Shown here: one piece after another, positions 43,362-53,034 of the stretch | How positions within the stretch are numbered: position 1 is the first letter of the stretch | Layout: each line of letters starts with the position of its first letter | From: Dehalococcoidia bacterium | GTDB lineage: Bacteria > Chloroflexota > Dehalococcoidia > Lucifugimonadales > UBA2962 | Reading direction: 5' to 3' | Length of the DNA: 64,000 nucleotides | Assembly: GCA_965250195.1 (NCBI GenBank) | Contig: OZ252295.1 | Location: forward strand, 1,437,528 to 1,501,527 | Translations under genes and position numbers: made by a program | The notes under the pieces: generated by a model | Databases searched by the model: none | What the model was told of the DNA's origin: nothing | What the model saw: the letters and a program-made list of their open reading frames with translations, nothing else

Positions 43362-46300
43362 ATGGCCCAAGCGGGTAACGAGTTCAACGCGATACGAATC
43401 TCCCTGGCGTCTCCGGAGCAGATAAAGACCTGGTCGTATGGCGAGGTCACAAAGCCGGAGACCATTAACTACCGAACCCTGAGGCCGGAAAAAGACGGCC
43501 TGTTTTGCGAGCGCATTTTCGGCCCCACCAAGGACTGGGAGTGCTACTGCGGTAAGTACAAGAAAATCCGTTACAAGGGAGTCATCTGCGACCGCTGCGG
43601 CGTTGAGGTGGCCCGGTCAAAGGTCCGTCGCGAGCGCATGGGTCACATCGCGCTGGCGGCACCGGTAGCTCACATCTGGTTTTCCAAGGGAACCCCGAGC
43701 AGGCTCGGGTTGTTGCTCGACCTGTCGCCCAGAAACCTGGAACGAGTGCTTTATTTTGCTCAGTACCTGGTCACTGAGGTGGACGACGAGCAGCGAGTCG
43801 CCAAGATCGAAGCGCTGCAGGCACAGCTAGACGAGGGACTGGTTCAGATCGAAGAGATCGCCCAGGCCAAGCTGGAACAGCTTGCGTTGGAAACGGCCGA
43901 GTCCCAGAACAGCACCGAGGGCGCAGACGGCGAAAAGTCCGAACCCGAGCCGGAGCCTAAAAAGTCAAAGGCCAAGACCAAGGCCAAGGCGAAGGCCAAA
44001 AAGGCTGAAGCGGAACCCGACCCTGTCGAAGGGACGCCTGAGTTCGAGATCGCCAAAATCAACGCACAGCTCGAGCAAGATAAGACCGATCTAGAAGATG
44101 AACTGAAAGCCCTGATCGACGAGCTCGACGACATGAGCGTCGGCCAGTTGCTGCCCGAGTCACGGTTCCGCGAGATGAAGGACCGTCACAGCGATCTGTT
44201 CAAGGCCGGCATGGGTGCCGAGGCGGTCATTGATGTGCTTCAGGGGCTGGACCTGGACACGATGAGGAACAGGCTTCAGGACGAGATTAGCGGGACATCG
44301 GGCCAGCGCCGGAAAAAAGCTATCAAGACGCTCAGAGTGGTCGAGGCCTTCCGAAAGAGCGGTAACAAGCCCGACTGGATGGTGTGGTCCGTGCTGCCCG
44401 TCCTGCCGCCGGAACTGAGGCCGATGGTCCAGCTGGACGGCGGCCGCTTCGCCACCAGCGACCTTAACGACCTGTATCGCAGAGTCATTAACCGGAACAA
44501 CAGACTCAAGCGGCTCATCGAGTTGCAGGCCCCGGAGATCATCGTCCGCAACGAGAAGCGGATGCTTCAGGAGGCGGTAGACGCCCTGGTCGACAACGGT
44601 CGGCGCGGGCGGGCCGTGTCCGGCAGCCACAACCACAAGCTCAAGAGCCTGTCCGACCTGCTGCGAGGCAAGCAGGGCCGGTTCCGCCAAAACCTGCTGG
44701 GTAAACGAGTGGACTACTCGGGTCGTTCGGTAATTATTGTTGGCCCCACCCTCAAGTTGCATGAGTGTGGCTTGCCCAGGCGCATGGCGCTGGAGCTGTT
44801 TAAGCCGTTCGTCATGAACAAGCTAGTCGTCAAGGGCTACGCGCACAACATAAAGAGCGCCAAGCGGATGGCGGAGCGGGTCAGGCCCGAGGTCTGGGAC
44901 ATCCTCGAAGATGTCATCAAAGACCGGCCGGTACTTCTGAACCGTGCCCCGACACTGCACCGACTGGGCATACAGGCCTTCAAGCCCGTGCTCATCGAGG
45001 GTAGTGCCATCCGCGTGCATCCCCTGGTTTGCACGGCGTTCAACGCCGACTTCGACGGGGACCAGATGGCGGTCCATGTACCTCTCTCCAAAGAGGCGGT
45101 GCTCGAGGCCAACAAGCTCATGCTCAGCACACTGAACATGCTGTCTCCCAGTTCGGGTGAGCCCACGGTTGCCCCCACACTCGACATGGTGTTGGGCTGT
45201 TACTACCTGACAATGACAGACGAAATGGAGAGTAAAGGCTCAGACCTCGTCTTCGGCAACGTCGAGGAGGCTCGCCTCGCTCTCGAACTCGGCCAGATAG
45301 GCCTTCGGTCGCCCATCAAAGTCAGAATTCCCGGGCAAATTGAAGTCAGGGAGGACGGTCTGGTGTCCGCGACGAGCTTCGATCTCAACGGCGCGGCCGT
45401 CGACGCCGATGCAGCCAACGGGAACAAGAACGGTTCAGGCCAGATCATTGAGACCACGGCTGGCCGGATCATCATCAACGAGATTATTCCTGACGAACTC
45501 GGCTTCTGGAACTTCGAGCTGGACAAGGGTGGGCTCAAAGACCTGGCCGCGGCCGCCTACAAATACCTTGGCAACGAGAGGGCCGCGGAAATTCTGGATG
45601 CGGTCAAGGACCTGGGCTTCCACTACGCATCACGCTCGGGGACCACTATCGCCATCAACGATGTCGAGGTGTCAGACGAGAAGGCCGGCATCATTACCAA
45701 GGCCGAGAACAACGTAACGTTGCTCGAACAGCAGTACATGGATGGCCTGATCACCGAGAACGAGCGGTACCAAAACACCGTACAGATCTGGACGTCGGCC
45801 AACGACGAGCTGACCAAGGTCATTCAGACCAACCTGCGCAACTACGGCGGCATCTACCTGATGGCCACCTCGGGGGCGAAGGGAAACATCGCCCAGATCA
45901 AACAGATGGCCGGCATGCGTGGCCTGATGTCGGACCCGAAGGGGAGAATTATTGACCGCCCCATCAAGTCCAACTTCCGCGAAGGTTTGTCGGTGCTGGA
46001 GTACTTCATCTCCACACACGGTGCGCGAAAGGGACTGGCCGACACGGCCCTGCGGACCGCCGACTCGGGCTACCTGACGCGGCGTCTCATCGACGTAGCG
46101 CAAGAGATAACCGTCAGCATGGACGACTGCGGCACCGAGTCGGGCGCGTGGATCGAAGACGACCCGGAAATGGCGTTGGCGAGCGCATTCGCCGACAGCC
46201 TGCGCAGTCGGTTCGCCGCGCAGGCCGTGGCCGATCCGGCGACCGGGGAAATCCTGGTCGATGTGGGCGATGAACTGGACGAGGAGGCCTCCGGCAGGTT

Positions 46301-47588
46301 GAAAATTGCGGGCGTCACCGGGGTGTTGGTTCGCTCCCCACTGTTCTGCGAGACGCCCAGGGGCGTTTGCCTGAAGTGCTACGGCATTCAGCTCGCCACC
46401 GGCGACCCGGTCATGCTGGGTGAGGCGGTGGGGATAATCGCAGCTCAAAGCATTGGCGAGCCTGGAACGCAGCTCACCATGCGCACGTTCCACACGGGCG
46501 GCATTGCCGGCGCCGACATCACCAGCGGCCTCCCTCGTGTGGAGGAGCTTTTCGAAGCGCGCGCCCCCAAGGGCGAGGCGATACTGTCGGAAATCGACGG
46601 TGATATTGAGCTAATGGAGGACGCCGAGGGTCGTACCATCCGCGTCACCAGCGTCGAGGAGTACACGGACGAGTATGCGATAGTGAAGGGTCAAAAGTTG
46701 CTCGTCGCCGATGGCGATGAGGTCGCTATTGGAACCCGCCTCGCAGGAGTCGAGGGCAAGAAGGGCGACGACGAAATCGCCCTCCAGCGTACCGATCTGA
46801 TGGCCCGGGTATCCGGCAAGGTGAAGGTGATCGGGCGCAAAAAGAGCCCGGATGCAATAACCATCACCTGGACCGACGAAGAGCAACGGGAGTACATAGT
46901 CCCGGCTGCCGCGCACATCATCGTTGCCTCGGAAGATCAGGTCATGGCGGGTCAGGCGTTGACCCAGGGTCCGAAAAACCCGCAGCAGATCCTGCGAATT
47001 CAGGGACGCGAGGCGGTCCAGCAGTACCTGATAGACGAGGTACAGGCCGTCTATCGTTCCCAGGGCGTGAAGATTCACGACAAGCACATCGAGCTGATCA
47101 CGGCGCAGATGCTGCGCAAGGTCAGGATTGAGTCGCCCGGAGACACCGAGCTGCTTCCCGGCGAATTGATTGATCGCCGCAATTACGAAGAGGTCAACGT
47201 GGCCGTCCTCGCCGAGGGTGGAGAGCCGGCTGCGGCCAGCCCGGTGCTCCTCGGCATCACCAGGGCTTCGCTCAATATGGAGAGTTTCCTGGCGGCGGCG
47301 TCGTTCCAGGAGACCACCCGGGTACTGACGGAGGCATCGACAAACGGTCATGTGGACCACCTGCGTGGCCTCAAGGAGAACGTCATTATCGGTCGGCTCA
47401 TCCCGGCCCGGTTGGACCAGTCTGCCGAGGGCAGAGCCAAACTTGGTCTGCCCAGTCTCAGTGACGTGCCCGATCAGCCCGGCGTCTTCGTCGAAGACGG
47501 CTCCATCGGAGTGCTGGTGGGCTCAGACGATTCTGGGGATAACCCGTTCGTTGGGGACGGTCCACCGGAGGAACTTCCCCAGCTTTAG
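43362..47588 (+). CDS. rpoC: DNA-directed RNA polymerase beta-prime subunit
   Basis: Zn finger CYCGKYK..CDRC, NADFDGD active site, QLTMRTFH. Confidence 0.99.
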   Translation: MAQAGNEFNAIRISLASPEQIKTWSYGEVTKPETINYRTLRPEKDGLFCERIFGPTKDWECYCGKYKKIRYKGVICDRCGVEVARSKVRRERMGHIALAAPVAHIWFSKGTPSRLGLLLDLSPRNLERVLYFAQYLVTEVDDEQRVAKIEALQAQLDEGLVQIEEIAQAKLEQLALETAESQNSTEGADGEKSEPEPEPKKSKAKTKAKAKAKKAEAEPDPVEGTPEFEIAKINAQLEQDKTDLEDELKALIDELDDMSVGQLLPESRFREMKDRHSDLFKAGMGAEAVIDVLQGLDLDTMRNRLQDEISGTSGQRRKKAIKTLRVVEAFRKSGNKPDWMVWSVLPVLPPELRPMVQLDGGRFATSDLNDLYRRVINRNNRLKRLIELQAPEIIVRNEKRMLQEAVDALVDNGRRGRAVSGSHNHKLKSLSDLLRGKQGRFRQNLLGKRVDYSGRSVIIVGPTLKLHECGLPRRMALELFKPFVMNKLVVKGYAHNIKSAKRMAERVRPEVWDILEDVIKDRPVLLNRAPTLHRLGIQAFKPVLIEGSAIRVHPLVCTAFNADFDGDQMAVHVPLSKEAVLEANKLMLSTLNMLSPSSGEPTVAPTLDMVLGCYYLTMTDEMESKGSDLVFGNVEEARLALELGQIGLRSPIKVRIPGQIEVREDGLVSATSFDLNGAAVDADAANGNKNGSGQIIETTAGRIIINEIIPDELGFWNFELDKGGLKDLAAAAYKYLGNERAAEILDAVKDLGFHYASRSGTTIAINDVEVSDEKAGIITKAENNVTLLEQQYMDGLITENERYQNTVQIWTSANDELTKVIQTNLRNYGGIYLMATSGAKGNIAQIKQMAGMRGLMSDPKGRIIDRPIKSNFREGLSVLEYFISTHGARKGLADTALRTADSGYLTRRLIDVAQEITVSMDDCGTESGAWIEDDPEMALASAFADSLRSRFAAQAVADPATGEILVDVGDELDEEASGRLKIAGVTGVLVRSPLFCETPRGVCLKCYGIQLATGDPVMLGEAVGIIAAQSIGEPGTQLTMRTFHTGGIAGADITSGLPRVEELFEARAPKGEAILSEIDGDIELMEDAEGRTIRVTSVEEYTDEYAIVKGQKLLVADGDEVAIGTRLAGVEGKKGDDEIALQRTDLMARVSGKVKVIGRKKSPDAITITWTDEEQREYIVPAAAHIIVASEDQVMAGQALTQGPKNPQQILRIQGREAVQQYLIDEVQAVYRSQGVKIHDKHIELITAQMLRKVRIESPGDTELLPGELIDRRNYEEVNVAVLAEGGEPAAASPVLLGITRASLNMESFLAAASFQETTRVLTEASTNGHVDHLRGLKENVIIGRLIPARLDQSAEGRAKLGLPSLSDVPDQPGVFVEDGSIGVLVGSDDSGDNPFVGDGPPEELPQL

Positions 47589-47613
47589 GCCAGTCCATAC
47601 AGGCCCGGAAACC

Positions 47614-47642
47614 TTGATCGCCCGGCTGGCGGTTGATAAAAT
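47614..47642 (+). promoter_or_regulatory. Promoter for tRNA-Val
   Basis: TTGATC-17 nt-TAAAAT with TG extension, 30 nt before the tRNA. Confidence 0.6.
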
Positions 47643-47672
47643 TCACCCCTTCCCAACAGACGGGGCACAGGC

Positions 47673-47749
47673 GGGCGATTAGCTCAGTGGTTTAGAGCGC
47701 TGCGTTGACATCGCAGAGGTCACTGGTTCAAATCCAGTATCGCCCACCA
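47673..47749 (+). tRNA. tRNA-Val(GAC)
   Basis: Acceptor GGGCGAT/ATCGCCC, anticodon arm CTGCG-TTGACAT-CGCAG, T loop GTTCAAATC, encoded CCA. Confidence 0.97.
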
Positions 47750-47841
47750 CTCGCCCGGCTTGTTCTGGCGGCGGTTGGCGGGCCGGGCCTTTACTGTGCC
47801 CTGCTAATCACCGAAAATAATATTAGTCTTCGCGCTGACGC

Positions 47842-47918
47842 GGCCCCGTGGTGTAGTGGCTTAACATACTGCCCTGTCAAGGCAGAGATCGCCGGTTCGA
47901 ATCCGGTCGGGGTCGCCA
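47842..47918 (+). tRNA. tRNA-Asp(GTC); probable integration site of the downstream element
   Basis: Acceptor GGCCCCG/CGGGGTC, anticodon arm CTGCC-CTGTCAA-GGCAG, GTTCGAATC, encoded CCA. Confidence 0.97.
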
Positions 47919-47952
47919 CTAGCGCGGAAATTCTCCGCAGGAGTGGCTCGAC

Positions 47953-48336
47953 ATGCAGGCAGTTTCAGAAGGTCGGCTGGAGTTTCTTCCGGCGACCAGA
48001 ACCCCCCGTTATGACTCCAAAATCTTTAGCCAGCTATGGTGGCGTGCCTTGCGCGAACGCAAGGGTCTTGTGGTGGTCCACCCGCTCGGCAAGAACGCGA
48101 TTGTGCGGGTTGACATTGAGCCCACAGGCAGCCACCTCAGCCCCGAACAGGACTCCCGGGTCCACGCGGTCTGTGATGCCTATTTTCGCCAGCACGACTG
48201 TTTTAAAGGCCAGATATGGCTTTGGGAGATCACGTACTTTGCGCTCTGGCAGATGCGTGTCCGGCTGGAGGATGTTGACTCCTTCGTCGCTGATGTCCAG
48301 GCCGCGATCGGCGCGGGGGAAGCGGCGTCATGGTAG
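47953..48336 (+). CDS. Hypothetical protein (first gene of the element)
   Basis: AGGAG RBS; overlaps the next start. Confidence 0.65.
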   Translation: MQAVSEGRLEFLPATRTPRYDSKIFSQLWWRALRERKGLVVVHPLGKNAIVRVDIEPTGSHLSPEQDSRVHAVCDAYFRQHDCFKGQIWLWEITYFALWQMRVRLEDVDSFVADVQAAIGAGEAASW

Positions 48337-48911
48337 AGGCAACCCGAGCGGGCTATACTCCACAGGACGCGAAGTGGGTTAGGGCCATGGAGCGTACCGG
48401 ACTCTCCGAACAGACCATCGACGAAGTGGTCGCAAAAACAGAACCGAATCCAGAGGACTTGGCCACAGTAAATGAGGCGGCGAAAGAATTCGCGCTCAGT
48501 GCTAGCACTATCCATACATGGATACATGCAAACCACCTGTCGCGCCACGGCTTCCGACACACTGAGGCCGGCCGGCCGGCCCTCCTGGTCGACAAAACCG
48601 AAGTGGCAACCTTGAAGGCCAACCCGCCGAAGAATGGGCGCCCACGAAAAACCAACTTTCACTCGAAGCTGGAGGACCTTGTCACCCTCGATGCGGCCTC
48701 TGCGGACACCGACCTCAAAGTCGAGCGTATCTACGGATGGACCAAGCGTGGAATCTTGGCCATCCATGCACGAAAAAGGAGCCCCGCGCCTGGCGGTGGC
48801 ATGATCCTAGTCGACATTAACGAAGTGCGGGCCCTCAAGGACAATCCGCCGAAGAATGGGCGCCCACGAAAAACCAACTTTCACTATGGGATCACACTGA
48901 TCCACAACTAA
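48330..48911 (+). CDS. Tandem excisionase/MerR-like HTH protein with two AT-hook-like GRPRK motifs
   Basis: Two units: LATVNEAAKEFALSASTIHTWI...NGRPRK and LVTLDAASADTDLKVERIYGWT...NGRPRK. Confidence 0.7.
   Translation: MVEATRAGYTPQDAKWVRAMERTGLSEQTIDEVVAKTEPNPEDLATVNEAAKEFALSASTIHTWIHANHLSRHGFRHTEAGRPALLVDKTEVATLKANPPKNGRPRKTNFHSKLEDLVTLDAASADTDLKVERIYGWTKRGILAIHARKRSPAPGGGMILVDINEVRALKDNPPKNGRPRKTNFHYGITLIHN
48624..48885 (+). repeat. Perfect 40-bp direct repeat (48624-48663 and 48846-48885)
   Basis: CCGCCGAAGAATGGGCGCCCACGAAAAACCAACTTTCACT occurs twice. Confidence 0.95.
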
Positions 48912-48927
48912 AAATCTTACCTTCTGC

Positions 48928-49091
48928 TTGACTTAGTTTCAAAGCTGAGTTTAGTCTAAGCACGTCCTGAGCTGGGGCGTGCTTTTTCTTTGTCCGTTTT
49001 GTGACGATCCGGACAGTCTCTCCGTAGTCTCCCCAGCTCAGGTCCATCCAAATCGGAGGCCTACGAGATGGAGCGGACGAAGTTACTGTGA
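48928..49091 (+). promoter_or_regulatory. Early promoter with structured attenuator-like leader and 7-codon uORF
   Basis: TTGACT-18-TAGTCT; terminator-like hairpin 48958-48984 plus T tract; competing 12-bp stem 48966-48977/49031-49042; GGAGG then ATG at 49068. Confidence 0.55.
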
Positions 49092-49432
49092 GTCGCCTTG
49101 CAAGCGTTCTCCTGATCGACGAAGGGTCCTCTACCGAGGAAACCGCCCGGCGTATCAACGACGCGATCGCTAAGCTCGAAGGCGCCGGCTATCGCTTCCA
49201 GCAGGCGGCCCCGGTGAGCTACCCCAACCGACGATTCAACGCCGTCCGCTACCTAGTGGTAGGCCGCCGCCCCGAACCCGCTGACCAGGGCCCAGCCCCC
49301 AACTCCGCCACCGTTGTCAGCAACCTGGTCCGCGAGTTCATCAACAGCCCCGAGCTGCGCCGCATCATCGACGACCGGGCCCGGAACATCATCCAGGCGT
49401 TTGCAGACAGGCTCGGGGTGCCGGCCGAATGA
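49088..49432 (+). CDS. Hypothetical protein
   Basis: GTG start coupled to the uORF stop (GTGA); ATGA overlap downstream. Confidence 0.65.
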   Translation: MSRLASVLLIDEGSSTEETARRINDAIAKLEGAGYRFQQAAPVSYPNRRFNAVRYLVVGRRPEPADQGPAPNSATVVSNLVREFINSPELRRIIDDRARNIIQAFADRLGVPAE

Positions 49433-49638
49433 CTCGACGACGATGGCGAGCGTTCAGGCATTGGCTAGGCCACCGAATCTCCGGGCCCTGCCCGACGTTC
49501 AGCGAGACCGTCGAGCTGCTGCGCCAGTGGCCAAAGGAGGACCCGGAGTCATGGGGTGGCCTCATGGCCCTCTTTGCCAGCACCCTCAAACCCAGTATCC
49601 AACAACGCAAAGACGCTAGCGACGGCCATGTTGAATAG
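49429..49638 (+). CDS. Hypothetical small protein
   Basis: ATGA-coupled to the previous gene; 3' end overlaps a convergent ORF. Confidence 0.45.
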   Translation: MTRRRWRAFRHWLGHRISGPCPTFSETVELLRQWPKEDPESWGGLMALFASTLKPSIQQRKDASDGHVE

Positions 49639-49869
49639 TAGGCCAAGGCCCTCCACCGAGCGATCCACTTGCTCGGGGTCCGTAGGCTCGCCTCTCTGTT
49701 CCATCCAGTGGATCACCATGAGCCGAAATATCGGGCGGACCGCCTCCAGGCCCTCGTTCACCCGCCCGTCGGGATTTTGGAAAAGGCGCCAGGACCTCTC
49801 CACCCACGGCACTTGGCCTGATTCCCACCGTTCCAATAGTTCCGCCCTCGTCAGGGCCTTTTCCACCAT
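49549..49869 (-). CDS. Hypothetical protein, counter-oriented in the early region
   Basis: AAAGGAAG RBS shortly before ATG; protein-like helical composition. Confidence 0.55.
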   Translation of the reverse strand: MVEKALTRAELLERWESGQVPWVERSWRLFQNPDGRVNEGLEAVRPIFRLMVIHWMEQRGEPTDPEQVDRSVEGLGLLFNMAVASVFALLDTGFEGAGKEGHEATP

Positions 49870-50099
49870 TCGGCTTCCTTTCCGCCGGCGCTATCACGCC
49901 GGCTCGGGAGTATTACAGCAACGGCCGCATCTTAGCCCGTCTGTGGCCTGAAAGGAGGTCTGTTCGGAGAGTCCGACTGCTAACCACAGCCATGTGTGCA
50001 TGACGTCCGTTTAGGCCTCCCCAGGCCCCCGCGACGGACGTTCATTTACCCAGCATGGGGGCCGGCCGACGGGCCCGGCCCCCCCTGCGAACAAGGCCT

Positions 50100-50396
50100 A
50101 TGACGATCACCACCGAACAGGTTGAACAACTCCAGGAGCGCGAGGCTCGCGCCGTCTTGGTGCCGTTGAGCGAGCAACACGAGGCCGCCCACATCTTGCT
50201 CCGCGACGGAGGGCCGGTAGGCGCCTGCGGCAAACACGTCTTCGATTCGTCGATAGCCCTCGTTGAGATCCCGAACCCAGCTCACAAGGTCTGCTATTCG
50301 TGCTGGCGAAATATCTTCGCTGCCGGGGAACGGGATCGACCGAAAGCCGGGCACGGCACGGCCACGACGACCGGCGATTGGGCGTTTAAGACTTGA
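50100..50396 (+). CDS. Small putative Zn-binding protein
   Basis: H...ACGK...CYSC ligands; TTGA overlap with the primase start. Confidence 0.55.
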   Translation: MTITTEQVEQLQEREARAVLVPLSEQHEAAHILLRDGGPVGACGKHVFDSSIALVEIPNPAHKVCYSCWRNIFAAGERDRPKAGHGTATTTGDWAFKT

Positions 50397-52774
50397 CTCC
50401 TTACCTCTCGGCGCTGCTCGACCAGGTCCTCGCCCACGCGGACATCACCAGCCAGCCCGACAGCCGTGGACAAGCCAAAGGCTGGTGTCCGTGGCACGCC
50501 GACAAAGCTGGCGGCAATCCGTCTCTCTCCATCACCGTCAGTAGGGGCCTGGTCAAGTGTTTTGTCTGTGATGAGCCGAAGGAACGCCCGATCCTCGCGC
50601 TCGCCGAAGCGTGGGGCATCAAGTCGACCGCCGATGCGCAGAAAGAGTGGTCCGACATCAAGCCGTGGGAGAAAGAGATCGAGGCGACCTACGACTACCT
50701 CGACGAAGACGGCAAGGTGTTGTTTCAGGTGGTCCGCTTCACGGTGCCAGCGGGCATGGACAAAGGCGGCGTCCAGCGGTTCGCACAGCGCCGGCCCGTC
50801 GCCGAGGCCTTCGGCGGCTACAAATGGGACGTCAAGGGCGTTCCCCGAGTCCTCTACAACCTGCCGGCGATAAAGGTCGCGGCCGACGACGAATGGGTGT
50901 ACCTGGTCGAAGGGGAGAAAGACGCCGATCGCCTGATTGAGGCCGGGTTGCTGGCCACGACCGTCCCGATGGGCGCGAAGGGCGTGACGAAGTCCCAGGC
51001 TGCTATGCTGACGGGTCGCCGGGTCTGCGTTATCCCCGACGACGACGATGCTGGCCACCAGCATATGCACAAGTCCGGGAAATCCCTTCGTGAAGTGGTC
51101 GCGCAGGTCAAAGTCCTGGAGCTACCCGACTACGACGACAAGCCGCCCAAATCGGACGTCTCAGACTACCTGGACCACGGAGGGTCGATCCGCGAGCTGG
51201 CGGAGATCCTGGAGGCATCGCCCGAGTACAAGGTGTCGGCCGATGCCATCCACACCAATAGGTCCGGCCCGAACACGTTCGCGCACCCCCGCTACCGGTC
51301 GCAGGCGCTCGCGATCATCACCGAGCTGTCCAGCGCGGGTTATTTCGTGTGGGCTGAGAAGTTCGCCTACTACTTCGACAAGACGTCCCGAATCCTCATC
51401 CAGCTAGAGGAAGACAACGACGACCTGCGAATCCTGCTCAATGAGCGTTTCCATGTGAACCGCAGGGACGGTTTCTACGGCTACCTCGTCGAGCAGTTGC
51501 GCGTGGAAGCCGGGGCCCGCGGTGAGTCGTCGGTGATCCGCCTTCTCAGTCACTACGACCGCGGTTCCGAAACGATGCTGTTGGACATGGGTGCCGGACG
51601 GACCCTGCGCATACGGCCGGACGGCATCGAGGAGCGCTACAACGGCGAGGACGGGGCGCTGTTCGGCTCCGACTACACGATGTCGCCCTGGCGTTTCAAG
51701 CCAAACGCTCCGTCGGGAATCATGCCCGACATCCTCATCGAACCCATCCATTTCAGCAAGGACTCGGCCCTCGCGTTCAACCCTGATGAGCAGCGACTGT
51801 TGATGCTGTTATGGGTGGTATCCCTGCCGTTCTCGTCGGGCATGCCAACAAAGCCTCTGGCGCTCGCCGTAGGGCCCACCGGCTCCGGCAAAACGAACGT
51901 TTTTCGCCGTCTCGGTCGGATGCTGATGGGCCCCGAGTACGAGGTCGACACCATCGACAGCCAGAAAGACGACGACTTTTGGGTGGCCATCAGCACCGAG
52001 CCCCTGGTGTGCTTCGACAACGTCGAGGGCTATATCCGGTGGCTAGAGAACACGCTGGCGCGCGCGGCCACCGGCGTCCGCTTCATCAAGCGCAAGCTCT
52101 ACACGAACAACACCTCGATCAAGTACAAATCCAAGGCGGTGATCTGCCTCACGGCCATGTCGCCCAAGTTCCGACGCCCTGACATCGCCTCTCGCCTGCT
52201 GATCTTTCACCTCGACAAGATCGACGCCAAAAGGGAGGAGGCCGAGCTGTGGGCTGAGATAGACGACAACCGGGACGTGCTCATGTCCGACCTGGCAAAG
52301 ATGATCCAGCGGGTCCTAGCCGTCGAGCGCGCGGATCTGCCGGCTGTCGACGCCTCGATACGCATGGCCGATTTCGCACACACGGCCAGCCGGATCGGCG
52401 CCAGCCTGGGGGACGACGTTTCGGAACTCACTCAGCGCGTCCTCGGAAAGCTCACTACCACTCAGCGCTCTTACGCCGTCGAGGAAGACGACCTGGCTGC
52501 TGCGCTCGCCGTGTGGATAGACCAGGAGCCAGCACAGAAGGCGCTTGATGGGGGTAAAACCAACTCCGGCCGGCTCGTGTCGGTGCCGGTGCTGTTCGGA
52601 GAGCTAAAGGCTGTGGCCGGCGCTTCGTTTTTGCCGTGGCGCATCGCCGACACCCGCCAGCTCGGAGCCCGACTGAGAAACCTTCGTGAGCCGCTGAGCG
52701 ACACATATGACATCGAAACGTCCCGACCAGGCGGAAATAGCCACTGGCAGATCACTAAAAAAGTTGTTGGTTAG
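50393..52774 (+). CDS. Replicase: CHC2-type Zn finger + TOPRIM primase + P-loop (SF3-like) helicase + C-terminal wHTH-like region
   Basis: CPWH..D..PSLSI...CFVC; VYLVEGEKDA, IPDDDDAG, KSDVSDY; GPTGSGKT, VCFDNV. Confidence 0.88.
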   Translation: MTPYLSALLDQVLAHADITSQPDSRGQAKGWCPWHADKAGGNPSLSITVSRGLVKCFVCDEPKERPILALAEAWGIKSTADAQKEWSDIKPWEKEIEATYDYLDEDGKVLFQVVRFTVPAGMDKGGVQRFAQRRPVAEAFGGYKWDVKGVPRVLYNLPAIKVAADDEWVYLVEGEKDADRLIEAGLLATTVPMGAKGVTKSQAAMLTGRRVCVIPDDDDAGHQHMHKSGKSLREVVAQVKVLELPDYDDKPPKSDVSDYLDHGGSIRELAEILEASPEYKVSADAIHTNRSGPNTFAHPRYRSQALAIITELSSAGYFVWAEKFAYYFDKTSRILIQLEEDNDDLRILLNERFHVNRRDGFYGYLVEQLRVEAGARGESSVIRLLSHYDRGSETMLLDMGAGRTLRIRPDGIEERYNGEDGALFGSDYTMSPWRFKPNAPSGIMPDILIEPIHFSKDSALAFNPDEQRLLMLLWVVSLPFSSGMPTKPLALAVGPTGSGKTNVFRRLGRMLMGPEYEVDTIDSQKDDDFWVAISTEPLVCFDNVEGYIRWLENTLARAATGVRFIKRKLYTNNTSIKYKSKAVICLTAMSPKFRRPDIASRLLIFHLDKIDAKREEAELWAEIDDNRDVLMSDLAKMIQRVLAVERADLPAVDASIRMADFAHTASRIGASLGDDVSELTQRVLGKLTTTQRSYAVEEDDLAAALAVWIDQEPAQKALDGGKTNSGRLVSVPVLFGELKAVAGASFLPWRIADTRQLGARLRNLREPLSDTYDIETSRPGGNSHWQITKKVVG

Positions 52775-52788
52775 GCGAATTTCTAATG

Positions 52789-53010
52789 GTGAATCGGGCG
52801 ATTTTAGGTTCTGACAGACTTTTGAGATTTCAAGTGCATGTGAATGGCAACACCCTTCTATCCGACCACGGTGCGACGCACAAGCCATTCATTTGGAATC
52901 GGGCAAGTGAATAGACCATTCACTTATTCACATGCAAAAACGCAAGTGAATGGCAAGTGAATGGCTATTGAACGCCGATGGCAACAGGTAAAAACGTTTT
53001 TTATTCACTT
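52789..53010. repeat. Iteron cluster, putative replication origin
   Basis: Eight exact GTGAAT/ATTCAC hexamers in both orientations within ~220 AT-rich bp right after the replicase. Confidence 0.75.
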
Positions 53011-53034
53011 ATGCATCAGAAATGGGGGTCAAGA

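Noticed and set aside
48624-48885. 40-bp direct repeat as attL/attR
   Set aside because: The copies are only 222 bp apart, in frame within one gene and unrelated to the tRNA sequence.
49941-49989. Hammerhead ribozyme
   Set aside because: The fold is three-way-junction-like, but the CUGANGA and GAAA core residues are not in the required arrangement.
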